From an uncultured Planctomycetia bacterium (GTDB taxonomy: Bacteria; Omnitrophota; Gorgyraeia; JABMRG01): a stretch of DNA of 64,000 bases. Below, one piece after another: positions 46,423 to 55,285 of this stretch. How positions within the stretch are numbered: the first letter of the stretch is position 1; each line of letters begins with the position of its first letter. The DNA lies in contig CAZWMG010000002.1 of NCBI GenBank assembly GCA_964634945.1, positions 102,661-166,660 on the forward strand, written 5' to 3'. The position numbers and the translations under genes are program-made. The notes below the pieces were generated by a model. That model saw only the letters and a list, made by a program, of their open reading frames with translations, was not told where the DNA came from and made no database searches.

Positions 46423-46464
46423 GGGTAAGTCCACACACAACTAAAAACGATTTCTTTGCCAGGG

Positions 46465-46493
46465 TTAGCAGGAATTTTTCAAATTCTTGCTAA
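46465..46493 (+). terminator. Hairpin after the giant gene (terminator or mRNA-stabilising stem)
   Basis: TTAGCAGGAATTT-ttc-AAATTCTTGCTAA, a 13-bp stem with one G:U pair and a weak U-tract. Confidence 0.5.
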
Positions 46494-46583
46494 TTACAGG
46501 ATATTTTATGTCCAAATTATTTAAGACTTTATAAACCATGATGCCAAGAGCTGCATTTAGCATTTAACAGTGGGGGATAAGAT

Positions 46584-49500
46584 ATGTTTAATAAAGCAAG
46601 AAAAGCTTTTTCTTATTTAGTATTATTTTCTTTCTTTTTGAATAATACAGCTTATGCGGAAATTGCTAACAATTCTACATTGCGATGTATATCTTCTGCC
46701 AATGCACACATTGGGCAGAAGATAGCAAGCAACTTTTTAAATGCCCCACCTGATATAAAATCTTCAAACATTAAAACCTCCTCATCCGGCATTATAACTC
46801 CTGAAGATATATTCACAAGAAAACTCGCGTTAGCGATAATTAAGCCGGATGTCAGTTCTGATATAAATAAAAACATAGCAGCGAATAAGAGCCTCTTTAG
46901 CAGGGATGATATAATACGAGAGCTTGAAGATAAGGGTTTCGAAGTAATAACTACTTTACCTGCAAACGTTTTAACCAGAAGAGATGCGGAAGAGTTCTAC
47001 TCAGAGCATAAAGATAGGCTATTTTTTAGCGATCTTATTGAATATATGACATCAGATGAAAGTGTACCGGTTATATTGCGAGGCCCGGAAAACGCATGGC
47101 AGAAGTTAAGAAATGTTTTAGGGGTAGTGGATGGTAACGAGCAAAATACTTTAAGAGAAAAACTTGGCGCGCATAGGAAACAGCTTCCCGGCAATGTTAA
47201 TATCATATACAACAGAATACATGGATCTGATTCATTTCAGTCAACACTTAGAGAGATTCTTTTCATTGCGGATAAGATGCAAAGTACGCCTTTTCTTGGA
47301 TCCGGCGAAAAACTGCTCATGTCTTTGTCATTGGAATCAGATAGGGCATATTTCTCAGCACTTTACAGGCAGTATAAGCTTCAGTTGCTTGTATTAAATA
47401 GAGCACGTTTCTTAATCAATGCGGATGCTTCGCTGACAAAAGACGACGCTCTTGTAAGAGCCACAGCTTCGATAACAGCTGAACTGAAAAAAACAGGAAG
47501 AGATAAAGACGCCTTAATATTAGCGGATTCCAAGCCGCTTATTATTGGTCAAAGCTTTTTTCCTTCAGCACTACTTTCAGATAAGGATTTTAGAGATAAG
47601 CTAGGAGCGGTTCAATATGATGATATTGCTAATGACCCTAGAAACATAGAGGCCGCGACAGGTGTAACAATGGTACAAAATCCATTAAATGGCGGCATAG
47701 GCCAGGCAATGGACAGGTTGGGTTTCTTAGAGGCTATTTGGCCGGCAACCGGGCGAATAGGAGTGCCTGTGCTTGGCGCAAAGGCTATGGACTGCTATTT
47801 TAATGTTAAGGTAGTAATAAATGGCCAGGAAAAAGAAGCATTTGTAAGCGTTGCTGAAGCTACTATACTCTCTCTTCTTAACGAAGTAGAGAGAGGCTCA
47901 TATAGGCATGGCATCTTAGAGGAGTTTATAAGTAGTGAAACAAGCCAGGCAATGGAAGATCTTAAAAATACAGTATATCTTTACGATAGGCTCGACCCTT
48001 TTAAAGCCGACAAGAGGACATATGGCAATATACTTAAAGAGAAGAATATGTTAGGAATAATGCCGGAGCAGGCGATGTTTCCGCGTTTTGACGTAGAAGA
48101 TAACTACAGGCTTACTGATAAGTATACAGCTCCTGGAAGCCATGGACATTGGGGCGTTTATGCGCTTTCTAACATACCTGATGAAGAACTTCCACAGGAT
48201 GGGAGTATTCAGATAAGGAGCATATTTAATGGCGATGGCATATCTAATTCACCGAACAATGTTATAGCAGGTTGGATGGCGAGAGAAGGCGCGCCTGTTA
48301 TAATGATAACAACCACAAGAGCTCCGATAGATGTAAAGGGTGGTATGTTGGGCGTGGAATATTTAGATGATGAAAAGGTTAGAAAAAATATGCTTGAATT
48401 AGCAGATGCAAAGACAAACGACAAGGAGCAATCTGGTCAGGCTGAACTCTTCAAAAATATGGGTATCTCTGAAACGGGTAAAAATTTTGGCAAAGAAGGC
48501 ATGCAGCTTTTTAATACTAACACAGTGCTCTTGAATGATACAGTTTTGCAGCCATTTTTAAGAGAGTTACGAGAGACACTTGGCATAGAAGAATATAACA
48601 GGGCGATAAGCCCAAAGATGATGATGAAATCTGTTGTACAGAAAGATGGCAAAGAGTATGCCCAGTTAGAAGGCGCTATGGGTTCTTCAATGCTTAATCT
48701 TGCCGGATTTTTATCTACAAATAATGACCCACAGATAATAGACTTATGTAAAAAACATGGCATAGATCCAAATCTATTTTTACGTTTAGTCAATATAGAC
48801 GTAAATAAGAGGACAGATTTCTTCGCTCCTATAAAATTTCCTATAGATTACTGGTTGCAGTTTTTTAGTGACCATTTTACAGTCGATACAACTACATGGA
48901 AGCTTAAGAACCTAAGGCCCGGCCATCTGCCAGCCCTGGATACGCCGGATCAGGATAAGGATGAATACTACTCGAATGTGCTTAATCTGTTTAACCTTTT
49001 TGGAGATAAGGGTGTATTAAATAAAAATAATCCTGTAATGACAAGTACAATTGGCCTTGATCTGCTAAAGCTACGCGGTAAGGTTAAAATAGCCGGTTCA
49101 ATACTACGGGGAAATGTTGTAGTGATAAATGAGGGCGATGGTGTTGCTGATTTAACTACTGGCGAGATACAAACGAAGTTGCTTGCCGATAACATGGTAA
49201 GCCTGGATAATGGCAAGCTGGTCTTAGAGGATGTTGCTATAGTAATAAGGGAGAATGGTAAGGATATAAAAGCAGCTAAGTTGCAAAATAAGGAAAGCAT
49301 AGATATTGTAGTTTCTGCGTTAGTTTCAGATAAGGCCTCCTCAGCAGGCATGAATCAGGAAACAGATATTCCAGCCATCAAGAGTATTGTTCACCAAGCT
49401 AGAGCCGCTCTGACGCAAGAGCGCAAGAAAGGCATAGAATTCGGAACCAGCGGTTTTAGGGGTATAAATAGTTTAAATGAATTAACCGTAGCTATTACAG

Positions 49501-52415
49501 CGCAGGCAAACGTGGATTATATAAAAGAAGCTGGTGACAGAGATAAGGTATTTGTTATCGGCAGGGATACCAGAGAACAGGGGAATGACTTTATTATGAT
49601 TACCGCGGCAGTATTTGCTGATAATGGCATAAAAGCAGTTATCTCGGACGGATATACACCAACTCCTGTAATTGCACATGCCACTGTTGCTAATGCATAT
49701 GGCGGAGCTATAAATTTTACTGCAAGTCATAATCCCCAAGAGTATAAAGGATACAAGTTTACCCCCTCGCATGGCGGGGCTGTGCTACCGGAAGTAACCG
49801 ATGTAATACAGTCGAAAACGAACGATTACCTAAAGCGATTGGAGTCGGATAGCGGAATTATAGCTGCCTTGAATAGCCCATACCTAAAAGCTGCTTTGAG
49901 TTATAAGGAGATGTTTGAGTCTTTTGTTAATTCCGGTGATATTAAATTCATCGATCCAGTAGAGGCTTATGTAGAGTATCTTTTTGGTCTTGAGATGCAA
50001 GGTGTAAAGATATTTGATAAGGTAACAGATTCCCGGCTTGGTGTTATAGCAAGCGGCTTGCATGGAACAGCAGGCCCTTATTTTGAGCGCATCTTTGGCC
50101 CAAAAGGATTAAATAAGCTGGCAGTAGATGTTTTAAATAGAGCGCCAAGAGAAGACTTCGGCCGTTTTAAGAGCCCCGAGGCAAAAGAAGCAAATCTTAA
50201 GGATGTAGTAGATCTTGTCACTAGGCTTGATAATGTGTTAGGTGTTTCAGGTGACGGTGATGCAGATAGAGAAGGAATTATCGATATAAATAGCAAGTTT
50301 ATAGAACCGAATGAATTAGCTGCTATATTTTATTGGTATCTTCATGAGATAAAGGGTCTAAAAGGCGGCGTTGCAAAGACTGTGGCGACTACGAACCTTC
50401 TTAATGTGTTAGCAGGTACGTTTAATGAAGAATGTTATGAAAAACAGGTAGGTTTCAAGAATTTTATGAATGAGATACTTAGCGGAAAGGCTATTGTGGC
50501 TGCGGAATCGAGCGCTCACATAGGAATAAACGCTGTGTCCTGGGATGACGCTTTTTTATGCGCTCTATTAACATATCAGATACTCTCTGATAAGGACAAT
50601 ATTAAGGAGAAGACAGGCGTTGAATTGAAAGCCCTTACCGATATCTTAGATTATATACAGAATAAGGTTGTTAGCAGTTATTTTAGTTTTTATGAGGGCA
50701 AGATACCGGCTGATGAGGCGACAAAGAGCCTGCTTTTAAGCTGGAATCAAAGCCCCGAGATGCTTAGCAGAAAGCTTGGTGAGGAGCAATTGTTATCTAT
50801 CTTGCAATACAATAATTTAGAGGTAGCTCAGATAAGCACTTTGCCAAAAAAGGGGATAAAGGTTGTTCTTAAGGATAGAAGCTGGCTCTGCCTAAGGCCT
50901 TCAGGCACTGAACCGCTGGTAAGATTATATGCGGAAGGGGCAGATAAGGCTGCGCACGAGGCGTCTAAAAAGAAGGAAATTCTTAAAAAGATAGCTCAAG
51001 CTTTATTGAAGGTTGATAAGGAGAAGCAGTCATTAAAGGCCTCCTCATCCGGCACTCAGAGCGCCCAGGATAGTGTAGAGTTAAGCTCTATCAGCAGACT
51101 TTTTTCTCAATTTGTATCCGAAAAGAATCCAGATACTTTAAGAAGTTTGATAAAAACAGCCAGAGAAGCTATGAGGGATACTTATGCAAATCCAGATAAG
51201 AAAGAGATTCTTCACAATGCAATTCTTTTTGCGGAGATGAGATTACTTAGTGAATTTCCGCCAGAATCAACAAAAGATAAGAAGAAACTCCTTTCTAAAT
51301 ACGCGGAATTGGAAAGGCAGTGGCAGAAAATGTTTGAAAAAATGTCACAAGATGCCTATAAAGTTTCAAAACGATATTTTCCAGATGAGTATAATGTGTT
51401 GCAATATAAGCTCAAGATGTATAAGGATTTTTTAGTTGTGCTTAAGCAAGATATGGAAGAGCTAGAAGATAAATTGCTACAGCAGATCTCAGATGCAAAA
51501 TCCTCCTCAAGTGGTGAGAGCAAACTCTCCGCTGAGAGAGCGGATGCTATTGAGGCAGAGCTTGGACATCTCTTTGATATTACAAGAGAGACTATGATAG
51601 AGGGTCTAGCAAAACCACCTATTGTAAAAATTGATCTAGCGAGAGATGATTTCCTGTCTATTGAATTTGCGCTGCTGCTGGAGAGATATAGGCAGATGGC
51701 TGTAAAAGAGTTTGGGGAAAATATAATAATGGATATCTTGCCTAGTAGAAATGGGAACGAAGGCGTGCGTGTGGGCATATCAGTAAAACCAGATAGCGCA
51801 GCAGTTGAATATAAATCTTCCTCATCTGGTATATTGCTTACTGAAAATGATTTAGGCCTTATTGAACTCGCCGCTGATGTAGCGGACCTAAGTGACGCAA
51901 CAGGTACAATAGTATACGATGATACAGCAATGTCAACAGAACAGCAGGGAATATTACGGAACCTTTTAGGCAAGGGTACACAAGGTTTAGCTGACCTAGA
52001 GGCAAAACTGGGATGTGATGTAAGGCTAATGTCACAAGGCGATGTATCGGATAACGCGAATACAATAATAATCTCAGACGGAGAAATTCCGGGTTTTCTT
52101 AATGCCAAATACTTAATCACAGAGCAGACACAGATAGATACTAGTTATATCGCGGTAACTCCTCTCATAGCGATAGCAAAAGGATTATTGGGGCTAGACA
52201 ACATAACAAGCCAGCCGGAACTATATGAAGCCCTTAAGAGTTCAATAAGAAGCATAAGTCAAGGCCTTCTAAATGCAAGCGATATAGAAGCTGCCATAAC
52301 CGCCTATATAAATGGCAGCCCAATGCTTGTAAAATTACCGCCTGCGTCAGTATATGATTATGATAAGCTTGAGCAGTTGTATCGTCAGGCGCTTATGGTA
52401 TTGATCTCCGCGTAA
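46584..52415 (+). CDS. Signal-peptide-bearing fusion: nucleoside-diphosphate kinase + UDPGP-family UTP--sugar-1-phosphate uridylyltransferase + phosphoglucomutase/phosphomannomutase + unknown C-terminal modules (1943 aa)
   Basis: SP MFNKARKAFSYLVLFSFFLNNTAYA. NDK: AIIKPD...FYSEHKDRLFFSDLIEYMTS...TLR...NRIHGSDS (~46824-47265). UDPGP: LNGGIG, APGSHG, KGG, FNTNT, QLEGAMG, FAPIK, C-terminal beta-helix (~47580-49320). PGM: FGTSGFRG, TPTP, TASHNP, DGDADR, RPSGTEP (~49434-51010). RBS GGGGGA. Confidence 0.92.
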   Translation: MFNKARKAFSYLVLFSFFLNNTAYAEIANNSTLRCISSANAHIGQKIASNFLNAPPDIKSSNIKTSSSGIITPEDIFTRKLALAIIKPDVSSDINKNIAANKSLFSRDDIIRELEDKGFEVITTLPANVLTRRDAEEFYSEHKDRLFFSDLIEYMTSDESVPVILRGPENAWQKLRNVLGVVDGNEQNTLREKLGAHRKQLPGNVNIIYNRIHGSDSFQSTLREILFIADKMQSTPFLGSGEKLLMSLSLESDRAYFSALYRQYKLQLLVLNRARFLINADASLTKDDALVRATASITAELKKTGRDKDALILADSKPLIIGQSFFPSALLSDKDFRDKLGAVQYDDIANDPRNIEAATGVTMVQNPLNGGIGQAMDRLGFLEAIWPATGRIGVPVLGAKAMDCYFNVKVVINGQEKEAFVSVAEATILSLLNEVERGSYRHGILEEFISSETSQAMEDLKNTVYLYDRLDPFKADKRTYGNILKEKNMLGIMPEQAMFPRFDVEDNYRLTDKYTAPGSHGHWGVYALSNIPDEELPQDGSIQIRSIFNGDGISNSPNNVIAGWMAREGAPVIMITTTRAPIDVKGGMLGVEYLDDEKVRKNMLELADAKTNDKEQSGQAELFKNMGISETGKNFGKEGMQLFNTNTVLLNDTVLQPFLRELRETLGIEEYNRAISPKMMMKSVVQKDGKEYAQLEGAMGSSMLNLAGFLSTNNDPQIIDLCKKHGIDPNLFLRLVNIDVNKRTDFFAPIKFPIDYWLQFFSDHFTVDTTTWKLKNLRPGHLPALDTPDQDKDEYYSNVLNLFNLFGDKGVLNKNNPVMTSTIGLDLLKLRGKVKIAGSILRGNVVVINEGDGVADLTTGEIQTKLLADNMVSLDNGKLVLEDVAIVIRENGKDIKAAKLQNKESIDIVVSALVSDKASSAGMNQETDIPAIKSIVHQARAALTQERKKGIEFGTSGFRGINSLNELTVAITAQANVDYIKEAGDRDKVFVIGRDTREQGNDFIMITAAVFADNGIKAVISDGYTPTPVIAHATVANAYGGAINFTASHNPQEYKGYKFTPSHGGAVLPEVTDVIQSKTNDYLKRLESDSGIIAALNSPYLKAALSYKEMFESFVNSGDIKFIDPVEAYVEYLFGLEMQGVKIFDKVTDSRLGVIASGLHGTAGPYFERIFGPKGLNKLAVDVLNRAPREDFGRFKSPEAKEANLKDVVDLVTRLDNVLGVSGDGDADREGIIDINSKFIEPNELAAIFYWYLHEIKGLKGGVAKTVATTNLLNVLAGTFNEECYEKQVGFKNFMNEILSGKAIVAAESSAHIGINAVSWDDAFLCALLTYQILSDKDNIKEKTGVELKALTDILDYIQNKVVSSYFSFYEGKIPADEATKSLLLSWNQSPEMLSRKLGEEQLLSILQYNNLEVAQISTLPKKGIKVVLKDRSWLCLRPSGTEPLVRLYAEGADKAAHEASKKKEILKKIAQALLKVDKEKQSLKASSSGTQSAQDSVELSSISRLFSQFVSEKNPDTLRSLIKTAREAMRDTYANPDKKEILHNAILFAEMRLLSEFPPESTKDKKKLLSKYAELERQWQKMFEKMSQDAYKVSKRYFPDEYNVLQYKLKMYKDFLVVLKQDMEELEDKLLQQISDAKSSSSGESKLSAERADAIEAELGHLFDITRETMIEGLAKPPIVKIDLARDDFLSIEFALLLERYRQMAVKEFGENIIMDILPSRNGNEGVRVGISVKPDSAAVEYKSSSSGILLTENDLGLIELAADVADLSDATGTIVYDDTAMSTEQQGILRNLLGKGTQGLADLEAKLGCDVRLMSQGDVSDNANTIIISDGEIPGFLNAKYLITEQTQIDTSYIAVTPLIAIAKGLLGLDNITSQPELYEALKSSIRSISQGLLNASDIEAAITAYINGSPMLVKLPPASVYDYDKLEQLYRQALMVLISA

Positions 52416-52542
52416 TAGCTATTTACAAAGCGATAAGTTTACATTTTGAGTATTGCACTATTTTGTAAAGCTTGATCTCCGCGTAATAGCTATTTACAAA
52501 GCGATAAGTTTACATTTTGAGTATTGCACTATTTTGTAAAGC
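52401..52542. repeat. Perfect 71-bp tandem duplication spanning the stop codon of the 1943-aa gene
   Basis: 52401-52471 = 52472-52542; each copy contains the LISA-stop codons and the 33-bp element. Confidence 0.95.
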
Positions 52543-52552
52543 TAAGGATAAT

Positions 52553-54352
52553 ATGAAAAGTATTCTTAAAAAAATAGTTACCTGTTTAGCGACAGCGACC
52601 TTTCTTATTAGTAGTCCTGCCTACCCATCTTCTATGGATACTAACACATTGCGTTCAAAGGCCTCTGTCAATACTCCCGCTAGTCATAATCTGGCCGATA
52701 GGTTCCTAACCAATGATACACAAGATGCGGAAGGTGGGTTTGTTTTTCGTAAGTGGAGCAAGAAGCCTGATACTTTAGCGTTTGGTAAGTATGGAAGTTT
52801 GAGAAGAAAACCCAACAAGCTTACAGACATAGCATTAGCAAGATTTAATTCACAATTAAGAAAGACAAAAAAACGTTTACTGGATGAAGGTTTTTTTAAT
52901 AAAGAAGATTTTAAGGTTGTATTAGAGATCATCTATCCTGCCTATAAGGCCGCAACATATTCCAAGAAGAGGGATACTATTATATTAGATCGTCGTTGCT
53001 TTGGAAATGACGATTTTTTGTATTTTAAGATCAAGCACGAGCTTACTGACCGCAAATTGCCTGAGATAGATATTATAGGAGAGCAGTTTAAAGAGTTACC
53101 TGGGCTAAGAGAACTCTTTACTCTAATTACAGTGGATATCCAAGGCCTTATGCATTTAAGAGATAACTACCGAGGTCGGGCAGAAGATATATTAAAATAC
53201 TGCCGTAGCGTAGGACATCACAACAGAGGACTATTAACATGTTATGAGAAGATAATGAAGAACCCGTCGCTTAATGACCCGTTTGCTTTTACAGAGGACG
53301 TTTTCAGGCTTGTAGAGAGTGAGAGGCGCAAGGCATATTTTCCGAATACGCGTAAAGCAGTTAGAAAAATAGCCAGAAAAAATAGTGATGGCAGCATTAA
53401 TTATGAGATGACCTCCACTATATTAAGGGCTTGGTTGAAGTCAATACACAAGCAGTTTATTGAATTGCGAGATATAAGAGAGGTATCGCAATTCAAGCCC
53501 CTGACAGATTTTAATAAAAATACGCCTATATCGCTAAGGCCATTTATGCCTTACGCTAAGGAGATAGATTACCAGCTTGACAATGATTGTATCTTTCTGC
53601 GGGTAAAGATAGATGATAAAAAAGGCCGGATCAAGTACGCTTACCTTTATATAGGCCTCAATGATGATTGGAATAGTGTATTAGGAAAGCGCGGAAAGAT
53701 CTATAGCTTAACATATCATAAATGGCAGCATACCAGCTCGGGCATATTTCAGTATGTAAATTATGGTACGGAAAAAGAGAGAGGTTTATACTGGGATTAC
53801 CTTATCAGGCTTCCGGTTAGCCAGTTGATAAGCAAGCTCTGCAACAATTCAGGCCAGGACAATCTTAAAAAACTTTTTTCGGACCTATTTAGTGAGTTGG
53901 GGGTAAAAGGCGACATGGGAAGTAAGGCATGGCTTTCTGTAAAAAAGATCGTAGGAAGAAAAAAGGGGCCGAATAATTATTATGTGATAAGGGGCATAAT
54001 TTGGAAACATATTGATCGCAAGCACCCTAAATTGTTCTTAGGTGAGGATAACCTGCGTGACACCTCTGTGGGTGAGGTACCTGCCTGGTTATTGACAGAA
54101 GATTCTGAGATGGGCCCAAAAGCCCTTTCATTTTTAAATCCGCGTAAAAAATGCAGCTGCCCAAATTTTTATGAAGAAGCAGATCGCATATCTATGCGGG
54201 AGATCTTAAGGATGCTAGAAAAAGCCTCTTCTCAACCTATGCAGCAGATGAACCTTTTTGGCGCGGGAAAGCCTGCCCCTGCTGCTATACTTAGTATTTC
54301 CAATATAAGTAAAGCGCAGATTGTAGATTCTGCTATATATATTGCGGCATAG
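52553..54352 (+). CDS. Exported protein of unknown function (~599 aa from ATG 52553)
   Basis: RBS AAGGA (52544-52548) precedes ATG 52553. Signal-like MKSILKKIVTCLATATFLISSPAYP. Shares its post-signal motif and C-terminal pattern with the 1943-aa protein. Confidence 0.85.
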   Translation: MKSILKKIVTCLATATFLISSPAYPSSMDTNTLRSKASVNTPASHNLADRFLTNDTQDAEGGFVFRKWSKKPDTLAFGKYGSLRRKPNKLTDIALARFNSQLRKTKKRLLDEGFFNKEDFKVVLEIIYPAYKAATYSKKRDTIILDRRCFGNDDFLYFKIKHELTDRKLPEIDIIGEQFKELPGLRELFTLITVDIQGLMHLRDNYRGRAEDILKYCRSVGHHNRGLLTCYEKIMKNPSLNDPFAFTEDVFRLVESERRKAYFPNTRKAVRKIARKNSDGSINYEMTSTILRAWLKSIHKQFIELRDIREVSQFKPLTDFNKNTPISLRPFMPYAKEIDYQLDNDCIFLRVKIDDKKGRIKYAYLYIGLNDDWNSVLGKRGKIYSLTYHKWQHTSSGIFQYVNYGTEKERGLYWDYLIRLPVSQLISKLCNNSGQDNLKKLFSDLFSELGVKGDMGSKAWLSVKKIVGRKKGPNNYYVIRGIIWKHIDRKHPKLFLGEDNLRDTSVGEVPAWLLTEDSEMGPKALSFLNPRKKCSCPNFYEEADRISMREILRMLEKASSQPMQQMNLFGAGKPAPAAILSISNISKAQIVDSAIYIAA

Positions 54353-54456
54353 CTTTTATCTGGCAGTTGCGCGGCTAATAAAACAGGAGTTTCAGAAGGT
54401 TTTTTTTGAGGAAAGGAGGGCAAAAAATATAAAAGCGGAAATAACAGGATTTTAGC

Positions 54457-54485
54457 TTGACGTAAAGAATATATTTTGTTAAACT
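54457..54485 (+). promoter_or_regulatory. sigma70-type promoter of the carbohydrate locus
   Basis: TTGACG-17 nt-TAAACT with extended -10 TG; RBS AGGAGG before ATG 54565. Confidence 0.7.
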
Positions 54486-54564
54486 AACTACCATTCATTA
54501 TTTTAAAAGAGTGATTTTTCACATAGATTATAACGATTAAAATATTCAAAAGGAGGATGAGAGC

Positions 54565-55209
54565 ATGAGAAAGATGTTAGCACTTAGCGCGTTGGCACTG
54601 ATTGCCGTATCATTAGTGGCAACAGGATGCGCCAAACAGGAAGAGATCGTAATTGAGGAGTTTGAGTCCCAGAACGCGGCAACGGGAAAAGATTTTAAGG
54701 TATTCAATATATATACCGATAAGTCATCTCCGGGTAACCATTATATACCTTCAGGCTGGATGGGTGATTTTAGCGACATAAAGATAAACGACCGTTATAT
54801 GGAAGGTGCGCATAGCGGCACTACCTGTATACAGGTAGAGTATCTTCCTCGCCGTTCACAGGGGGCCGGTTGGATGGGAATATATTGGCAGAACCCAGCT
54901 AATAATTGGGGATCTAAAAAGTCAGGCTTTGATCTTACCGGAGCTAAGGAGCTTGTTTTTTGGGCTCGTGGAGCTAAAGGCGGAGAAATAATATCAGAGT
55001 TTAAGATGGGCGGCATTACAGGTGAATTTTCAGATTCTGATTCCGCTGGCATAGGCCCTGCTATGCTTACATCAGATTGGAAAGAGTATAGGATAAATTT
55101 GGAAGGTAAGGATCTATCCCATATAATAGGCGGTTTCTGCTTATCCGCTAACGCTGATGATAACCCTGATGGGTTTATTATCTATCTTGATGATTTAAAG
55201 TACGAATAA
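54565..55209 (+). CDS. Lipoprotein with a galactose-binding-like carbohydrate-binding domain (214 aa)
   Basis: Lipobox-like VATGC; PSGWMGD, W.G.YWQNP.NNWG, DLTGAKELVFWARG, LTSDWKEYRINL, IYLDDLKYE. Paralogue of 62607..63209. Confidence 0.8.
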   Translation: MRKMLALSALALIAVSLVATGCAKQEEIVIEEFESQNAATGKDFKVFNIYTDKSSPGNHYIPSGWMGDFSDIKINDRYMEGAHSGTTCIQVEYLPRRSQGAGWMGIYWQNPANNWGSKKSGFDLTGAKELVFWARGAKGGEIISEFKMGGITGEFSDSDSAGIGPAMLTSDWKEYRINLEGKDLSHIIGGFCLSANADDNPDGFIIYLDDLKYE

Positions 55210-55218
55210 ACATAGAAG

Positions 55219-55269
55219 AATAGGAGATAGCGCCTCTTTTTGTCATAAAGAAAAGGCGCTCTTCCTATT
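55219..55269 (+). terminator. Intergenic hairpin
   Basis: AATAGGA..AGCGCCT...AGGCGCT..TCCTATT nested inverted repeat. Confidence 0.55.
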
Positions 55270-55285
55270 TATCCGAGGTAATATT

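Noticed and set aside
3520-46422. Giant ORF as an artefact of stop-codon reassignment
   Set aside because: It is open in the standard code, and neighbouring genes end in TAA, TAG (56572) and TGA (60053).
52517-52552. TTG start at 52517 for the 611-aa ORF
   Set aside because: It falls inside the duplicated 33-bp element. ATG 52553 has an RBS and gives a clean signal peptide.
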